Assembly: GCA_937892225.1 (NCBI GenBank)
Contig: CALAUH010000082.1
Coordinates: forward strand, 1-46,599
Source of the DNA: an uncultured Treponema sp.
Lineage (GTDB): Bacteria > Spirochaetota > Spirochaetia > Treponematales > Treponemataceae
Direction: 5' to 3'
DNA: 46,599 bases
Shown here: one piece after another, positions 27,284-35,801 of the stretch
How the letters are laid out: every line of letters starts with the position of its first letter
Numbering within the stretch: position 1 is the stretch's first letter
Made by a program: the position numbers and the translations under genes
Notes under the pieces: model-generated
The model's database searches: none
What the model was told of the DNA's origin: nothing
What the model saw: the letters and a program-made list of their open reading frames with translations, nothing else

Positions 27284-28150
27284 TTTAATTCCTCCCTGTA
27301 ATATTATTTCAGAAAGAATTTCACTTGCTTTTGCATCGTCAAATCCATTTCTGATTAAATACTCTTTAATTTCAGATTCAGTTTCTAATATCCCTGAATC
27401 TATTGCTTTTACTGTTTTTTTAATTATTTCAGATTCCATATCTGTAGACTTTTCAAAATCATCTTCTTTTGTATCTGCATTTTTAATATCACCATCTGTA
27501 ATATCTAAAAGTTTTACAGTCTTTTCTTCTAAATCTTCATTTTGTAATGCTCTACCGCCTGAATAACTTTCTGCATCTGTTCCACTACCAGCAACTAAAG
27601 ACTTACAAAAATCTACAACGCCAATAGATTTTGCAAATTTTGCACTTCCTACTGTCCAATTCACCGGACTACAAGTAAGTGCTAAATCATTCCACATAAA
27701 TTCTGTTACAGTTTCAGAACCATCTTTATTTTTCTTAATTTTTGGCATAATACCGCCAATACTTGCTTTTACTAACTTTGACTTATTTTTAAGTAAATCA
27801 ATATAAGGTTTAGCAGCATCAATTCCTGAATATAAAATTCCTTTTACAAAAGTTTTTTTACTTATTGGATCAAACTTTACTGAAATAGGTTCACCGATAA
27901 TTTTTTCTTTATGAGATTCTACACTTCCATCAGGATTTCTTGTTTTATGCTGGTGATCATCTGAAATTACACCGTTTGTAATAAAATATTCTTTAGATTT
28001 CTGTAATGCACTTTGTAAAGTTATCTGATTCTGTAAATCTAAATTTTCATTACTTGCTTCTACTTCAAATTTATAATTTCCGTTTTCATCTTCTTCACCT
28101 GAAATAGATTTACATATATCCTGGATAATTACATCATTATCTAATTCCAT
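26663..28150 (-). CDS. Prohead protease-scaffold fusion
   Basis: ASNENLDLQ, DH, IGEP, ASIGG, LALT..PVN protease motifs; acidic coiled-coil C-half with many KS motifs. Confidence 0.85.
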   Translation of the reverse strand: MELDNDVIIQDICKSISGEEDENGNYKFEVEASNENLDLQNQITLQSALQKSKEYFITNGVISDDHQHKTRNPDGSVESHKEKIIGEPISVKFDPISKKTFVKGILYSGIDAAKPYIDLLKNKSKLVKASIGGIMPKIKKNKDGSETVTEFMWNDLALTCSPVNWTVGSAKFAKSIGVVDFCKSLVAGSGTDAESYSGGRALQNEDLEEKTVKLLDITDGDIKNADTKEDDFEKSTDMESEIIKKTVKAIDSGILETESEIKEYLIRNGFDDAKASEILSEIILQGGIKMAKGNFSSTIDELLKSFKENPEEDKKKKKMDSEDEEVTDDTLFDDEETDYVSEDEKIEKCGVKKSMNDEESDYLDATELMKSMAETIDSQKEEISCLKKSIEELQNNMIDVTKSFGDYLKTPVSRQTVVEKSIGKDNAVGNTPILIKPTNEDFEILKSALVASAKKGEIGLEEVGFYNTEFQKAMKGNKISSNVWAKIKTIVKNNN

Positions 28151-28175
28151 TATTTTACCTCAAAATAAAAAAGTT

Positions 28176-28292
28176 AAAAAAAAAAGACAGCCACAACTTT
28201 TTAAGTCATGACTGTCTTTTGACACATCTAAAAAATAAATATCTTAATTATAATCTATTAATATTATAAGACTAAACTTTTTATTTTGTCAA
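28176..28292 (-). promoter_or_regulatory. Conserved late leader, copy 3
   Basis: TTGACA-18-TATAAT, then GATGTGTCAAAAGACAGTCATGACTTAAAAAGTTGTGGCTGTC-T10. Confidence 0.85.
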
Positions 28293-28296
28293 GTTA

Positions 28297-28536
28297 TTAA
28301 TTATCTTCATTTTTTGGATTACCAAACATTTTTCTTCTTTGTTCAAGCATATCTTCAACATGTTCTTTTGCAAGTCCACCCCATGTAATATCAATTTCAG
28401 CAGGTAATAAATATTTACCATCAAGACTAATCTGAAATTCACCATCACGATTACGAACATACACGCCATCATTAAATGATAGATAAAATTTATTTGTAGG
28501 TTCATTTATATCAAATTCAATTTTTTCTTCTTTCAT
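28297..28536 (-). CDS. Small acidic protein downstream of the RelA/SpoT-domain gene (possible antitoxin)
   Basis: AGGAGG RBS; has its own promoter. Confidence 0.7.
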   Translation of the reverse strand: MKEEKIEFDINEPTNKFYLSFNDGVYVRNRDGEFQISLDGKYLLPAEIDITWGGLAKEHVEDMLEQRRKMFGNPKNEDN

Positions 28537-28554
28537 TTCAAACCTCCTTTTAAA

Positions 28555-28584
28555 AGTATAAACTAATTAGTTTACTATTGTCAA
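28555..28584 (-). promoter_or_regulatory. Promoter containing a palindromic operator
   Basis: TTGACA-18-TATACT; TAAACTAATTAGTTTA at 28559-28574. Confidence 0.7.
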
Positions 28585-28586
28585 GT

Positions 28587-30233
28587 TTATTTAATGTATT
28601 CAATTAAGTTTCTAAAGTGTTCAACAGTCTTATCATTTAACACGCCTTCTTTTCTTGCCTTTTCAAAATCTGGAATTGCTTTTGCAACACTATCTCTAAT
28701 TGCATCTGCATAAGGTTTATGTTTAAAATCTTTTGCATAAACCTGATCTTTTTGTATTTTTGGAAATGTTCCGTTTTTTGAATCTTTATTTGATAATCCA
28801 TATAATTTTTTTTGTGCATCTGCCATAGTATCAGCAAGATTCTTATATTTTGGATTGCTTTTTATACTTCTCCATACTTCATATAAAGAATGTCCATAAC
28901 GTTCTTTTGCAACAATATTTGCTGTAGTATTTAATTGAATTTCTGCTATAGAACCATTAGATAATCTGATATTCATATTAATATCTGAATATCCAACATC
29001 ACTAGGATTAGCAAAATTATTTTTCATTCTTATAATATCAGGTTGATTTTTGAAATAAGAAAATAATCTTGATACTTCTTCAATAGAATTACAAGTAAAT
29101 GTATGTCCGTCTGTATCTCGAATAGTTCTACAATGGTATGTATCTGTATCAACATCATAAATCTGTTTTCTAACAGCTTCTTCTTTTTCTGCCATAGCAT
29201 CTTCTTTTAATTTTTCTTGAATTCTTGCGACACTCTTTAATTCAGGTCTTTTCAGTAATAAAGTATCAATGCCTAATTCTGATTTAAAAAAGTCCTGACG
29301 TTTATCACTTAATTTGCTAAATTCTTTTTGAACATCTGCTGCATTTTTTAATAAGCCTTCAATTGTATCGCTTGATTCCGGTTGTAAACCGTTAGTACCA
29401 TCTCTCCATGTAGGTTTTACTCCACTAGCATCATAAAAATTTCTAATTTCATCTTTATCATTTACTTTGGCTAAAACTTTAATATCTTCATGTTTTACAT
29501 CATAATTTACTTTAGTATTATTATCCATAATTGTAACATTTTCTTTACCTACCATCAAAACTTTTCCATTATGTTTTTTTCCCATACTATCCTTAAATTG
29601 TACTATATCACCTTCTGTATGAGTGCTTCCAGATATATTATTAGAAGAATTTGATAATACGCTTTTTACATCTACTGTATCTGATAAATCATTTATTTTA
29701 GAATCCATAGCGTTTTCAATTGCATCTTCTAAATCCGAACCTGATAATCCATTTTCCTGTAAATTCTGTTTTATTGCATTTTTTAATTTTTCTTGCTGCT
29801 CTGTAGATAATTGATTAACATAAACTGGAAGTTTATCAGATTTATTTTCTCCTGATCCATTATTTCCTGATTCATCTTTTTGAGATACATAATTAGTTGA
29901 AACATGATAAGATTCTTTTTTATCATTACTAACGTGTAATGAATTATCTTTATCAATTCCATTTATTGTAAAGTTTCCATTTTTACCTTTGATATTAACA
30001 GTTTCTCCAACCTTAAATTTTGATTCTGTAGGTTCTTCTACTTTTTTCTGTTTCATACCTTTTTCTTCAACTGTTCCACGTACATAAACAGTTTTTTGAT
30101 GACCATTTTTATCTGTAATTTTTTTAGGCATTAAACGTGATCTATCCCTTGCCTTTTCTATAGTTTCTGCATTAAGCATAAAACTTTTACTTAATTGATT
30201 AAAAACATCTTTTCTAACTAAAAATTTATCCAT
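28587..30233 (-). CDS. Polyvalent protein with a C-terminal RelA/SpoT-like nucleotidyltransferase domain
   Basis: LKS..RI.EK, IRD, GYSDIN, AEIQLNT, H.LYE motifs; N-terminal KS/IEKA leader. Confidence 0.75.
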   Translation of the reverse strand: MDKFLVRKDVFNQLSKSFMLNAETIEKARDRSRLMPKKITDKNGHQKTVYVRGTVEEKGMKQKKVEEPTESKFKVGETVNIKGKNGNFTINGIDKDNSLHVSNDKKESYHVSTNYVSQKDESGNNGSGENKSDKLPVYVNQLSTEQQEKLKNAIKQNLQENGLSGSDLEDAIENAMDSKINDLSDTVDVKSVLSNSSNNISGSTHTEGDIVQFKDSMGKKHNGKVLMVGKENVTIMDNNTKVNYDVKHEDIKVLAKVNDKDEIRNFYDASGVKPTWRDGTNGLQPESSDTIEGLLKNAADVQKEFSKLSDKRQDFFKSELGIDTLLLKRPELKSVARIQEKLKEDAMAEKEEAVRKQIYDVDTDTYHCRTIRDTDGHTFTCNSIEEVSRLFSYFKNQPDIIRMKNNFANPSDVGYSDINMNIRLSNGSIAEIQLNTTANIVAKERYGHSLYEVWRSIKSNPKYKNLADTMADAQKKLYGLSNKDSKNGTFPKIQKDQVYAKDFKHKPYADAIRDSVAKAIPDFEKARKEGVLNDKTVEHFRNLIEYIK

Positions 30234-30250
30234 TTTAATTTTCCTCCAGG

Positions 30251-33200
30251 TTATCTATTTTTACAACAGCATTTAATTGCTTCTGCAACTTTATAAGATA
30301 TAGTATTGAATAATTCAGGTTGTGTAGCATCATAATCCATATAATCATTATCTACAAATTCTTCTTCTTCAATATCATATATATCCATAAAATCAAATAA
30401 AGATTTACTAATATCTATTCCTTTTTCTTTAATAACATTTTCAAAATTTCTTTTAAATTCAGGATATTTCATTGAAAAAGCAAGTAATCTATGTCCGTAA
30501 TCATAACTATTTTTATAAATATTAGTTCCAGAACCATTTTTATAAGATTTTTCTGCTTTTAATAATTCTTTATATCCTTTACTTAAAGTTTCATCATCTG
30601 CATTATTTATTGAATTTTTTAATTTATCATAAGCTGATTCTGTTGCAATTCTTTCAGATAAATTATTCATATATTCTTCATATTGCTTAGTGTTTTTTTC
30701 TTCTTTTTTATTTTTTTCTTCTTTTTTAATATTAAAATTATTTTTATTATTTTCATAATAACCGGATAAATCTATATTAAACATAGGCATAACTATATTA
30801 ATACTTGAATCATCACTAATTGTAAATGAATGAGTTGATACATCTGAGAACAATAAATTTGATTCATTTCCTGAGAGTGCATCTAATAAATATTCATAGT
30901 TTACCATAATATAATCATCATAATCCTTATTTTTGAATTTAATTCCATCTGCTTCGCCGACTTTTACCCCATCAAGCATTACATCATCACCTTTAAATTC
31001 TAAACCAATAGCATTATGTTTTTTATTAATTGCACCTTCTTTTTTCATTGTTTTAATTTTATTTATTAATTCAATATTATTAAGTCTTACTTTTTGATTA
31101 TTATTTTCAGGTATAACTTTTTCATATTTAGGAAATTGTCCATCAACTTCTATTTTTTTAATTTTAATCTGATTGTTTTTTGTATCAATATTAACATAAG
31201 AATTTTCAGGAATTCCATCAAGTTTACCAACTTTAACTATCTTCATTCTTCTACCATCAGTTGCAATAAGAGAACCATCTTTATAATAAACGTGTGTCAT
31301 AAAATATCTATTTTCATCTTTTGAAGCATTATTAGTAAGTTTATTTAATTCAGTTTCAAGACTTTTAGAATATGGCATTTCTACTTCATTTTCACCTGAT
31401 TTTCTATTTTCTGCAATTATTTTTTTATCATCAATATTTACTGAATCTTTTTTAGCATTTTGATTACCTTTCATGGCATCACTACGATTCTGTTGTTTTT
31501 CAGAATCAGTTTCTTTATTTTCTATTTTCTTTTTATAATCTTCTATTGCATCATAATACACATCTGCACTTTCTTTGCCCCATTTTTCTACAAATTGTTC
31601 CTTAAATTCATCAAGTGATAAATTGTTATTAACAGAATCTTCAATAAAATTATTAACTAAAGTTTTTAAATCTTTTCCATGTTCTATATCATCAATTATT
31701 TCTTTTGCAGCAATTCCATTATAACTTCTTTCACCTTCACGTTTTATGAGTTTTTCCATAGCATTAATCTTTTCTGTATTATTCATAAATTCCATTTGTT
31801 GTAACAGTTTACCTTTTACTTCTTTTATATTTTTATCTTTATTCTGTGATCTATTAGATAAAACTTTATTAGATTCATTTTTTGAAACAGAATTAACATT
31901 TTCAATGTCTTTACCATAAATAAATGCTGTTCCTAAACCACCATTATCAGATAATGTAAATTTATCAGAGTTTTTTGCTGCAATTTCCTTTATTTTTGCC
32001 TGTTCCGTTTTAGACATATCCTGCAATCTAATATTTACATACTTTTTAGTAGATTCTTCATCATCAATATATGGAGTAATATCAATAAATGAACCATCAC
32101 GTGTATTAGTTGTTTGCTGCTTAACAAAGTTAATAAGATTTTCTGTTTTTATTCCACCTTTCCATGCGTTTTTATTGCCTTTCATAGCTTCTGAACGATT
32201 CTGGTGTTTTTCGGCTTCGGATTCCAATTGTTTTATTCTTTGAAAAATAGAAGCGGCTCTCCTTGCCATATCATTTGAAAGATCATATTTCTTTTCAGAA
32301 TGAAGTCGGTTATTTTCTTTTACTACTTTTTTCTGTAATTCTTTAAGATAATCAACATCTGTAATAGAATTAATTTCAGAATCAGAAATATTTAATTCAG
32401 ATTCTTTTTTATTCTCTTTATCATTTAATACTTTTTCAATATATTTCTGCCTTTCTGTTTCCATTTCATTACTATCATCAGGTTTTAATTTACTAATAAG
32501 ATTTTCAATATCATTTCCCAACATCCTTATATCTTTTTGAGCTGCAACTTTATCGGCTGTTTCCATTGAATCCATTTTAGAATGAATTTTATCCATTTCA
32601 TTAAGACTATTTAAAATTCTTTTCTTTGCTGATTCATTTGTAAGACGATTTCCTTTTGAATCCTGAATCCAATATGTTTCTTTTACAGATTCTTTTTTAT
32701 TTCCATCTGCATCAAAATCAGTTTCTTTAATATCTCCGTCTTTCATGGCTTCAAGCCATTTATTCCATCTCTCTAAATCTTTTTTATCCGTTTCAACATC
32801 AGCTTTAGCACCTTTTGTCCATTTATGATTTTCTCCTTTTTCTTTAAGAAAATCATTATATCTTCGTTCATCATCCTTTAAATCATCTTTCTTATCAGCA
32901 ATTTTTTGTTTAATATCTGATTCTGTCAAAACAGTTCCCATATCTGTAGTAAATGTATGTTCTTTATTTTTACCTCTTACAATATTTTCTTCATTACGAT
33001 TATTTAATTCTGACTGTAACTTTTTTATATATTCAGGATTATCCTTTACAATTTTTTTATCTACATAAGTTCCGTATTCATTTTTTATTTGATTTTCTGC
33101 TACACCTAATTGTTCTTGTAATTCAGTAATTGTGTCTTTAAGTTCTTTATCACTACTTTTTTCTGGATGATTAATAATGTCAATAATATTTTTAATAGGT

Positions 33201-33715
33201 TTAATTTCTTTTTTTGATATATTTCCATTAAAACCATTAGATTTATTATCAATAGCTGCTCTTAATTTATCCATAATTGGTAAATCTACACCGTTAGCAT
33301 CCTGGAATAATGAATGATTACTCATACAGAATTGATAGAGTTCTTCTTCTGTTTTACAGTTTTCAACTTTATGTATTAAACGTGTCATTGATGATTTTGC
33401 ACCACGATCCATTTTGTCAAAAACTCTTACCCATCTTGCAGGACTTGTACTAACTTTTTTATATTTTTTTCCTCGCCAAATTCTAACTGTTCCTACGCCG
33501 TAACCTGATTTTTCAATCCACTTTCCATCTAAAGATTTTTCAATGTGTGTATAATGTTTTTCTGTTTGATTAAAATATTCAATTGCTTTTTTATATTCCT
33601 GAGATTCTTTTTTCTTCAATATTTCAATGACTTCTTTTTTTAATTCATCTAAAGAAGGTTTTTTAAGTGATTTATTAATTTCTAAAAACGATGATTTTTT
33701 AATAACAAAATTCAT
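30251..33715 (-). CDS. Large polyvalent protein with a partial DnaN (beta-clamp)-like region
   Basis: ASKDENRY, IATDGRRM, DGQFPKYEKVIP, NYEYLLDAL, IVMPM motifs. Confidence 0.75.
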   Translation of the reverse strand: MNFVIKKSSFLEINKSLKKPSLDELKKEVIEILKKKESQEYKKAIEYFNQTEKHYTHIEKSLDGKWIEKSGYGVGTVRIWRGKKYKKVSTSPARWVRVFDKMDRGAKSSMTRLIHKVENCKTEEELYQFCMSNHSLFQDANGVDLPIMDKLRAAIDNKSNGFNGNISKKEIKPIKNIIDIINHPEKSSDKELKDTITELQEQLGVAENQIKNEYGTYVDKKIVKDNPEYIKKLQSELNNRNEENIVRGKNKEHTFTTDMGTVLTESDIKQKIADKKDDLKDDERRYNDFLKEKGENHKWTKGAKADVETDKKDLERWNKWLEAMKDGDIKETDFDADGNKKESVKETYWIQDSKGNRLTNESAKKRILNSLNEMDKIHSKMDSMETADKVAAQKDIRMLGNDIENLISKLKPDDSNEMETERQKYIEKVLNDKENKKESELNISDSEINSITDVDYLKELQKKVVKENNRLHSEKKYDLSNDMARRAASIFQRIKQLESEAEKHQNRSEAMKGNKNAWKGGIKTENLINFVKQQTTNTRDGSFIDITPYIDDEESTKKYVNIRLQDMSKTEQAKIKEIAAKNSDKFTLSDNGGLGTAFIYGKDIENVNSVSKNESNKVLSNRSQNKDKNIKEVKGKLLQQMEFMNNTEKINAMEKLIKREGERSYNGIAAKEIIDDIEHGKDLKTLVNNFIEDSVNNNLSLDEFKEQFVEKWGKESADVYYDAIEDYKKKIENKETDSEKQQNRSDAMKGNQNAKKDSVNIDDKKIIAENRKSGENEVEMPYSKSLETELNKLTNNASKDENRYFMTHVYYKDGSLIATDGRRMKIVKVGKLDGIPENSYVNIDTKNNQIKIKKIEVDGQFPKYEKVIPENNNQKVRLNNIELINKIKTMKKEGAINKKHNAIGLEFKGDDVMLDGVKVGEADGIKFKNKDYDDYIMVNYEYLLDALSGNESNLLFSDVSTHSFTISDDSSINIVMPMFNIDLSGYYENNKNNFNIKKEEKNKKEEKNTKQYEEYMNNLSERIATESAYDKLKNSINNADDETLSKGYKELLKAEKSYKNGSGTNIYKNSYDYGHRLLAFSMKYPEFKRNFENVIKEKGIDISKSLFDFMDIYDIEEEEFVDNDYMDYDATQPELFNTISYKVAEAIKCCCKNR

Positions 33716-33768
33716 AAAAATATATCCTCCATTTATTCAACTTGTTTTGTTGCAAAATTTAAAAAGTT

Positions 33769-33907
33769 AAAAAAAAACAGCCGACTTTCAAAAGAAAATC
33801 GACTGTCTTTTAAAACACATCTTCAAAAATGTTTTTTGAAACATCCGGTTGGGAATATTTCGATGTAGTAATAATTTATTATATACTCAACTTAATTGAT
33901 TTGTCAA
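33769..33907 (-). promoter_or_regulatory. Conserved late leader, copy 4
   Basis: TTGACA-18-TATAAT, then GATGTGTTTTAAAAGACAGTCGATTTTCTTTTGAAAGTCGGCTG-T9. Confidence 0.82.
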
Positions 33908-34192
33908 TTTATTATATATATATCTAATTTCAGACAACTTTAATTTTTCCATTTTTTTCGCTTTTTCAGGATCTATTTTACTTATTTCATTCAAATAATA
34001 AAGTTTATTTCCTTTTGGATTTGCAACCATTTTATCCCTATTCAATTGCAAGGATTCGTAAATATCATCAACTAAAGAATCAATTAATTCTTTATCACTA
34101 GCAGCATTAATTTCCATTAATCCTGATATAGTATTTAATTTGTCCATAAGATCAATGTCCGATGCAATAAAAATAAGTTCATTTTTAGTCAT
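33887..34192 (-). CDS. Hypothetical protein
   Basis: GGAG RBS; third gene of a small operon. Confidence 0.6.
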   Translation of the reverse strand: MTKNELIFIASDIDLMDKLNTISGLMEINAASDKELIDSLVDDIYESLQLNRDKMVANPKGNKLYYLNEISKIDPEKAKKMEKLKLSEIRYIYNKLTNQLS

Positions 34193-34195
34193 AAT

Positions 34196-34360
34196 TTAAT
34201 TCTCCAAAAATTCAACTTTAGTAACTTGTTTCAAGTTATCAGAAACAGTACCCATATTAAACCAATTACCCATGTAGTATTTTGCTATTTCTTCTCTGCT
34301 ACCATTGATTCTTGTTACCATTGAATCACCATCATTAAAAGTTACTTTTACAGTTTCCAT
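34196..34360 (-). CDS. Small hypothetical protein
   Basis: AGGAGG RBS before ATG 34360 (METVKVTFNDGD...). Confidence 0.7.
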   Translation of the reverse strand: METVKVTFNDGDSMVTRINGSREEIAKYYMGNWFNMGTVSDNLKQVTKVEFLEN

Positions 34361-34371
34361 ATAAAACCTCC

Positions 34372-34533
34372 TTAATACAAAATATCGTAACAATTATCAA
34401 CATAATTTTTGAGTTCATTTTCATTGTCAAAACTCAAATTTCCATCTTCTGAAACAATCAGGCATTTTCCATTACATCTTACGTAATAATGAAAACCTTT
34501 GTAATTTTCTGCTCTTTCAAATAAATCATCCAT
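34372..34533 (-). CDS. 53-aa hypothetical protein, not in the ORF track
   Basis: GGAGG RBS; MDDLFERAENYKGFHYYVRCNGKCLIVSEDGNLSFDNENELKNYVDNCYDILY*. Confidence 0.65.
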   Translation of the reverse strand: MDDLFERAENYKGFHYYVRCNGKCLIVSEDGNLSFDNENELKNYVDNCYDILY

Positions 34534-34547
34534 ACCTAGCCTCCAAC

Positions 34548-34650
34548 ATTATAATACACTTTTTAGTGTACTTTGTCAATTAAAAAATATATTATTTAGT
34601 TTATTTTTTATATAATTTAATTGACTTATTAAACTTTTAAGTTTATTATT
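34548..34650. promoter_or_regulatory. Divergent promoters, each containing a 16-bp palindromic operator
   Basis: TACACTTTTTAGTGTA 34555-34570 inside a minus-strand TTGACA promoter; TAAACTTTTAAGTTTA 34630-34645 inside a plus-strand TTGACT promoter. Confidence 0.75.
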
Positions 34651-34655
34651 ACACT

Positions 34656-34862
34656 ATGAATATTACAGATATTATTAAAATGGAATGTGTAAAGCAGCAT
34701 ATTTCCATTACAGAATTAGCAAATAAAATAAATACCTCAAAACAAAATTTGAATAATAAACTTACAAGAAATGATCTCAAATTTTCAGATATTGAAAAAA
34801 TATTTAAGGTATTAAACCTTGAAATAAAAATTATTAATCAATCAGGAATGGAATATAAATAA
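34656..34862 (+). CDS. Small XRE/Cro-type HTH regulator (possibly leaderless)
   Basis: ISITELANKINTSKQNLNNKL HTH; ATG a few nt after the -10 box, no RBS. Confidence 0.85.
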   Translation: MNITDIIKMECVKQHISITELANKINTSKQNLNNKLTRNDLKFSDIEKIFKVLNLEIKIINQSGMEYK

Positions 34863-34903
34863 AAAAAAAGACGTGTACAAAAATCTTTAATTCTTATACA
34901 CGT
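34861..34903 (-). terminator. Intrinsic terminator after the 243-aa gene
   Basis: ACGTGTA / TACACGT stem followed by a T-run on the minus strand. Confidence 0.6.
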
Positions 34904-34948
34904 TATCTGGTTTATGTTGAATTATTTGGATTTTTTCAACATTTCTAC

Positions 34949-35089
34949 TTGACAAAAAGTTTTTATGGGATTATAAAATAATTAATCAACTAAAGTTGAA
35001 AGTCATTATTCAGACGATTCTTGAAATCGCTGCGGATATTATGTTGATTGCCAGTAAAAGCATCCGTAGAATATGATTTAATCAACTTA
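34949..35089 (+). ncRNA. Putative structured antisense RNA with its own promoter
   Basis: TTGACA-17-TATAAA at 34949-34977; three-way-junction pairing 34994-35087 with G-U pairs that work only on the plus strand. Confidence 0.5.
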
Positions 35090-35721
35090 TCTCTTACTGT
35101 AAATAAACTAATACCTTTTATTTCTGAACTTCCCTTATTAGTATCAGCCATTATTATTGCAATCCCTACTTTTGTATAACTACCATCATTTTCTTTGATA
35201 TAAGCCTTACCTACTATTTCACGATAATCACCTTTTGAATCTTCCGTAAATTTTCCTTTTACACCTGTATCAGTAAGAATAGTCATTATATAAGGCAATA
35301 TTTTCGTTCGTTCAATTTGTTCACTTTGAGAATGTCTTTTTATATATAAATGAGTTTTTAATTTTGTAACATTTGCAATTTTCTTCCCTGTAGCCTTACA
35401 ATAATAATCAGTTTTCGCAAGTCTTTGATCTAATTTATCAATATATTTTTCACCTTTAGATCGATAATTTGTTGCATCAACATTCATTAATTGCTGATTT
35501 GTTTTTGTTATAGGTATTAATTTAGTTTTATTTGCTAGTCTAATTCGTCTTTGAGTTTCATTTTCTTTAGGATTACCGATAGGTTTATATTCCCAAATTA
35601 CTGGACTATCACAAGTTTTAACATAATTTCCATGTCTTGTATTTACCGGTAATCCAGCCTTTTCTATTCCTATTTGTATACAAATTGAATCATATACATC
35701 TTTTCTTACAACAACTTTCAT
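34990..35721 (-). CDS. Protein with an IEKA leader and a putative BECR-fold (PBECR-like) nuclease domain
   Basis: HL....H...R.KILPY...IL pattern followed by a beta-meander ending ISLF; GGAG RBS. Confidence 0.5.
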   Translation of the reverse strand: MKVVVRKDVYDSICIQIGIEKAGLPVNTRHGNYVKTCDSPVIWEYKPIGNPKENETQRRIRLANKTKLIPITKTNQQLMNVDATNYRSKGEKYIDKLDQRLAKTDYYCKATGKKIANVTKLKTHLYIKRHSQSEQIERTKILPYIMTILTDTGVKGKFTEDSKGDYREIVGKAYIKENDGSYTKVGIAIIMADTNKGSSEIKGISLFTVRDKLIKSYSTDAFTGNQHNIRSDFKNRLNNDFQL

Positions 35722-35737
35722 TTTTTATCTCCATTAG

Positions 35738-35773
35738 AAAACAGGCAACGCATCCACAATTGAACACGTTGCC
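35738..35773 (-). terminator. Hairpin terminator between the DarB-like gene and the nuclease-like gene
   Basis: Minus strand GGCAACGTGTTCA-ATTG-TGGATGCGTTGCC-TGTTTT. Confidence 0.65.
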
Positions 35774-35801
35774 AGGAATTGCTTGTACACTTGTACATCA
35801 A

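Noticed and set aside
34984..35089. tRNA gene
   Set aside because: Only three stems, with no T-loop GTTC consensus or canonical cloverleaf
35738..35800. A further copy of the GATGTGT leader
   Set aside because: It has GATGT and a terminator, but the bulged hairpin overlapping the terminator arm cannot be formed
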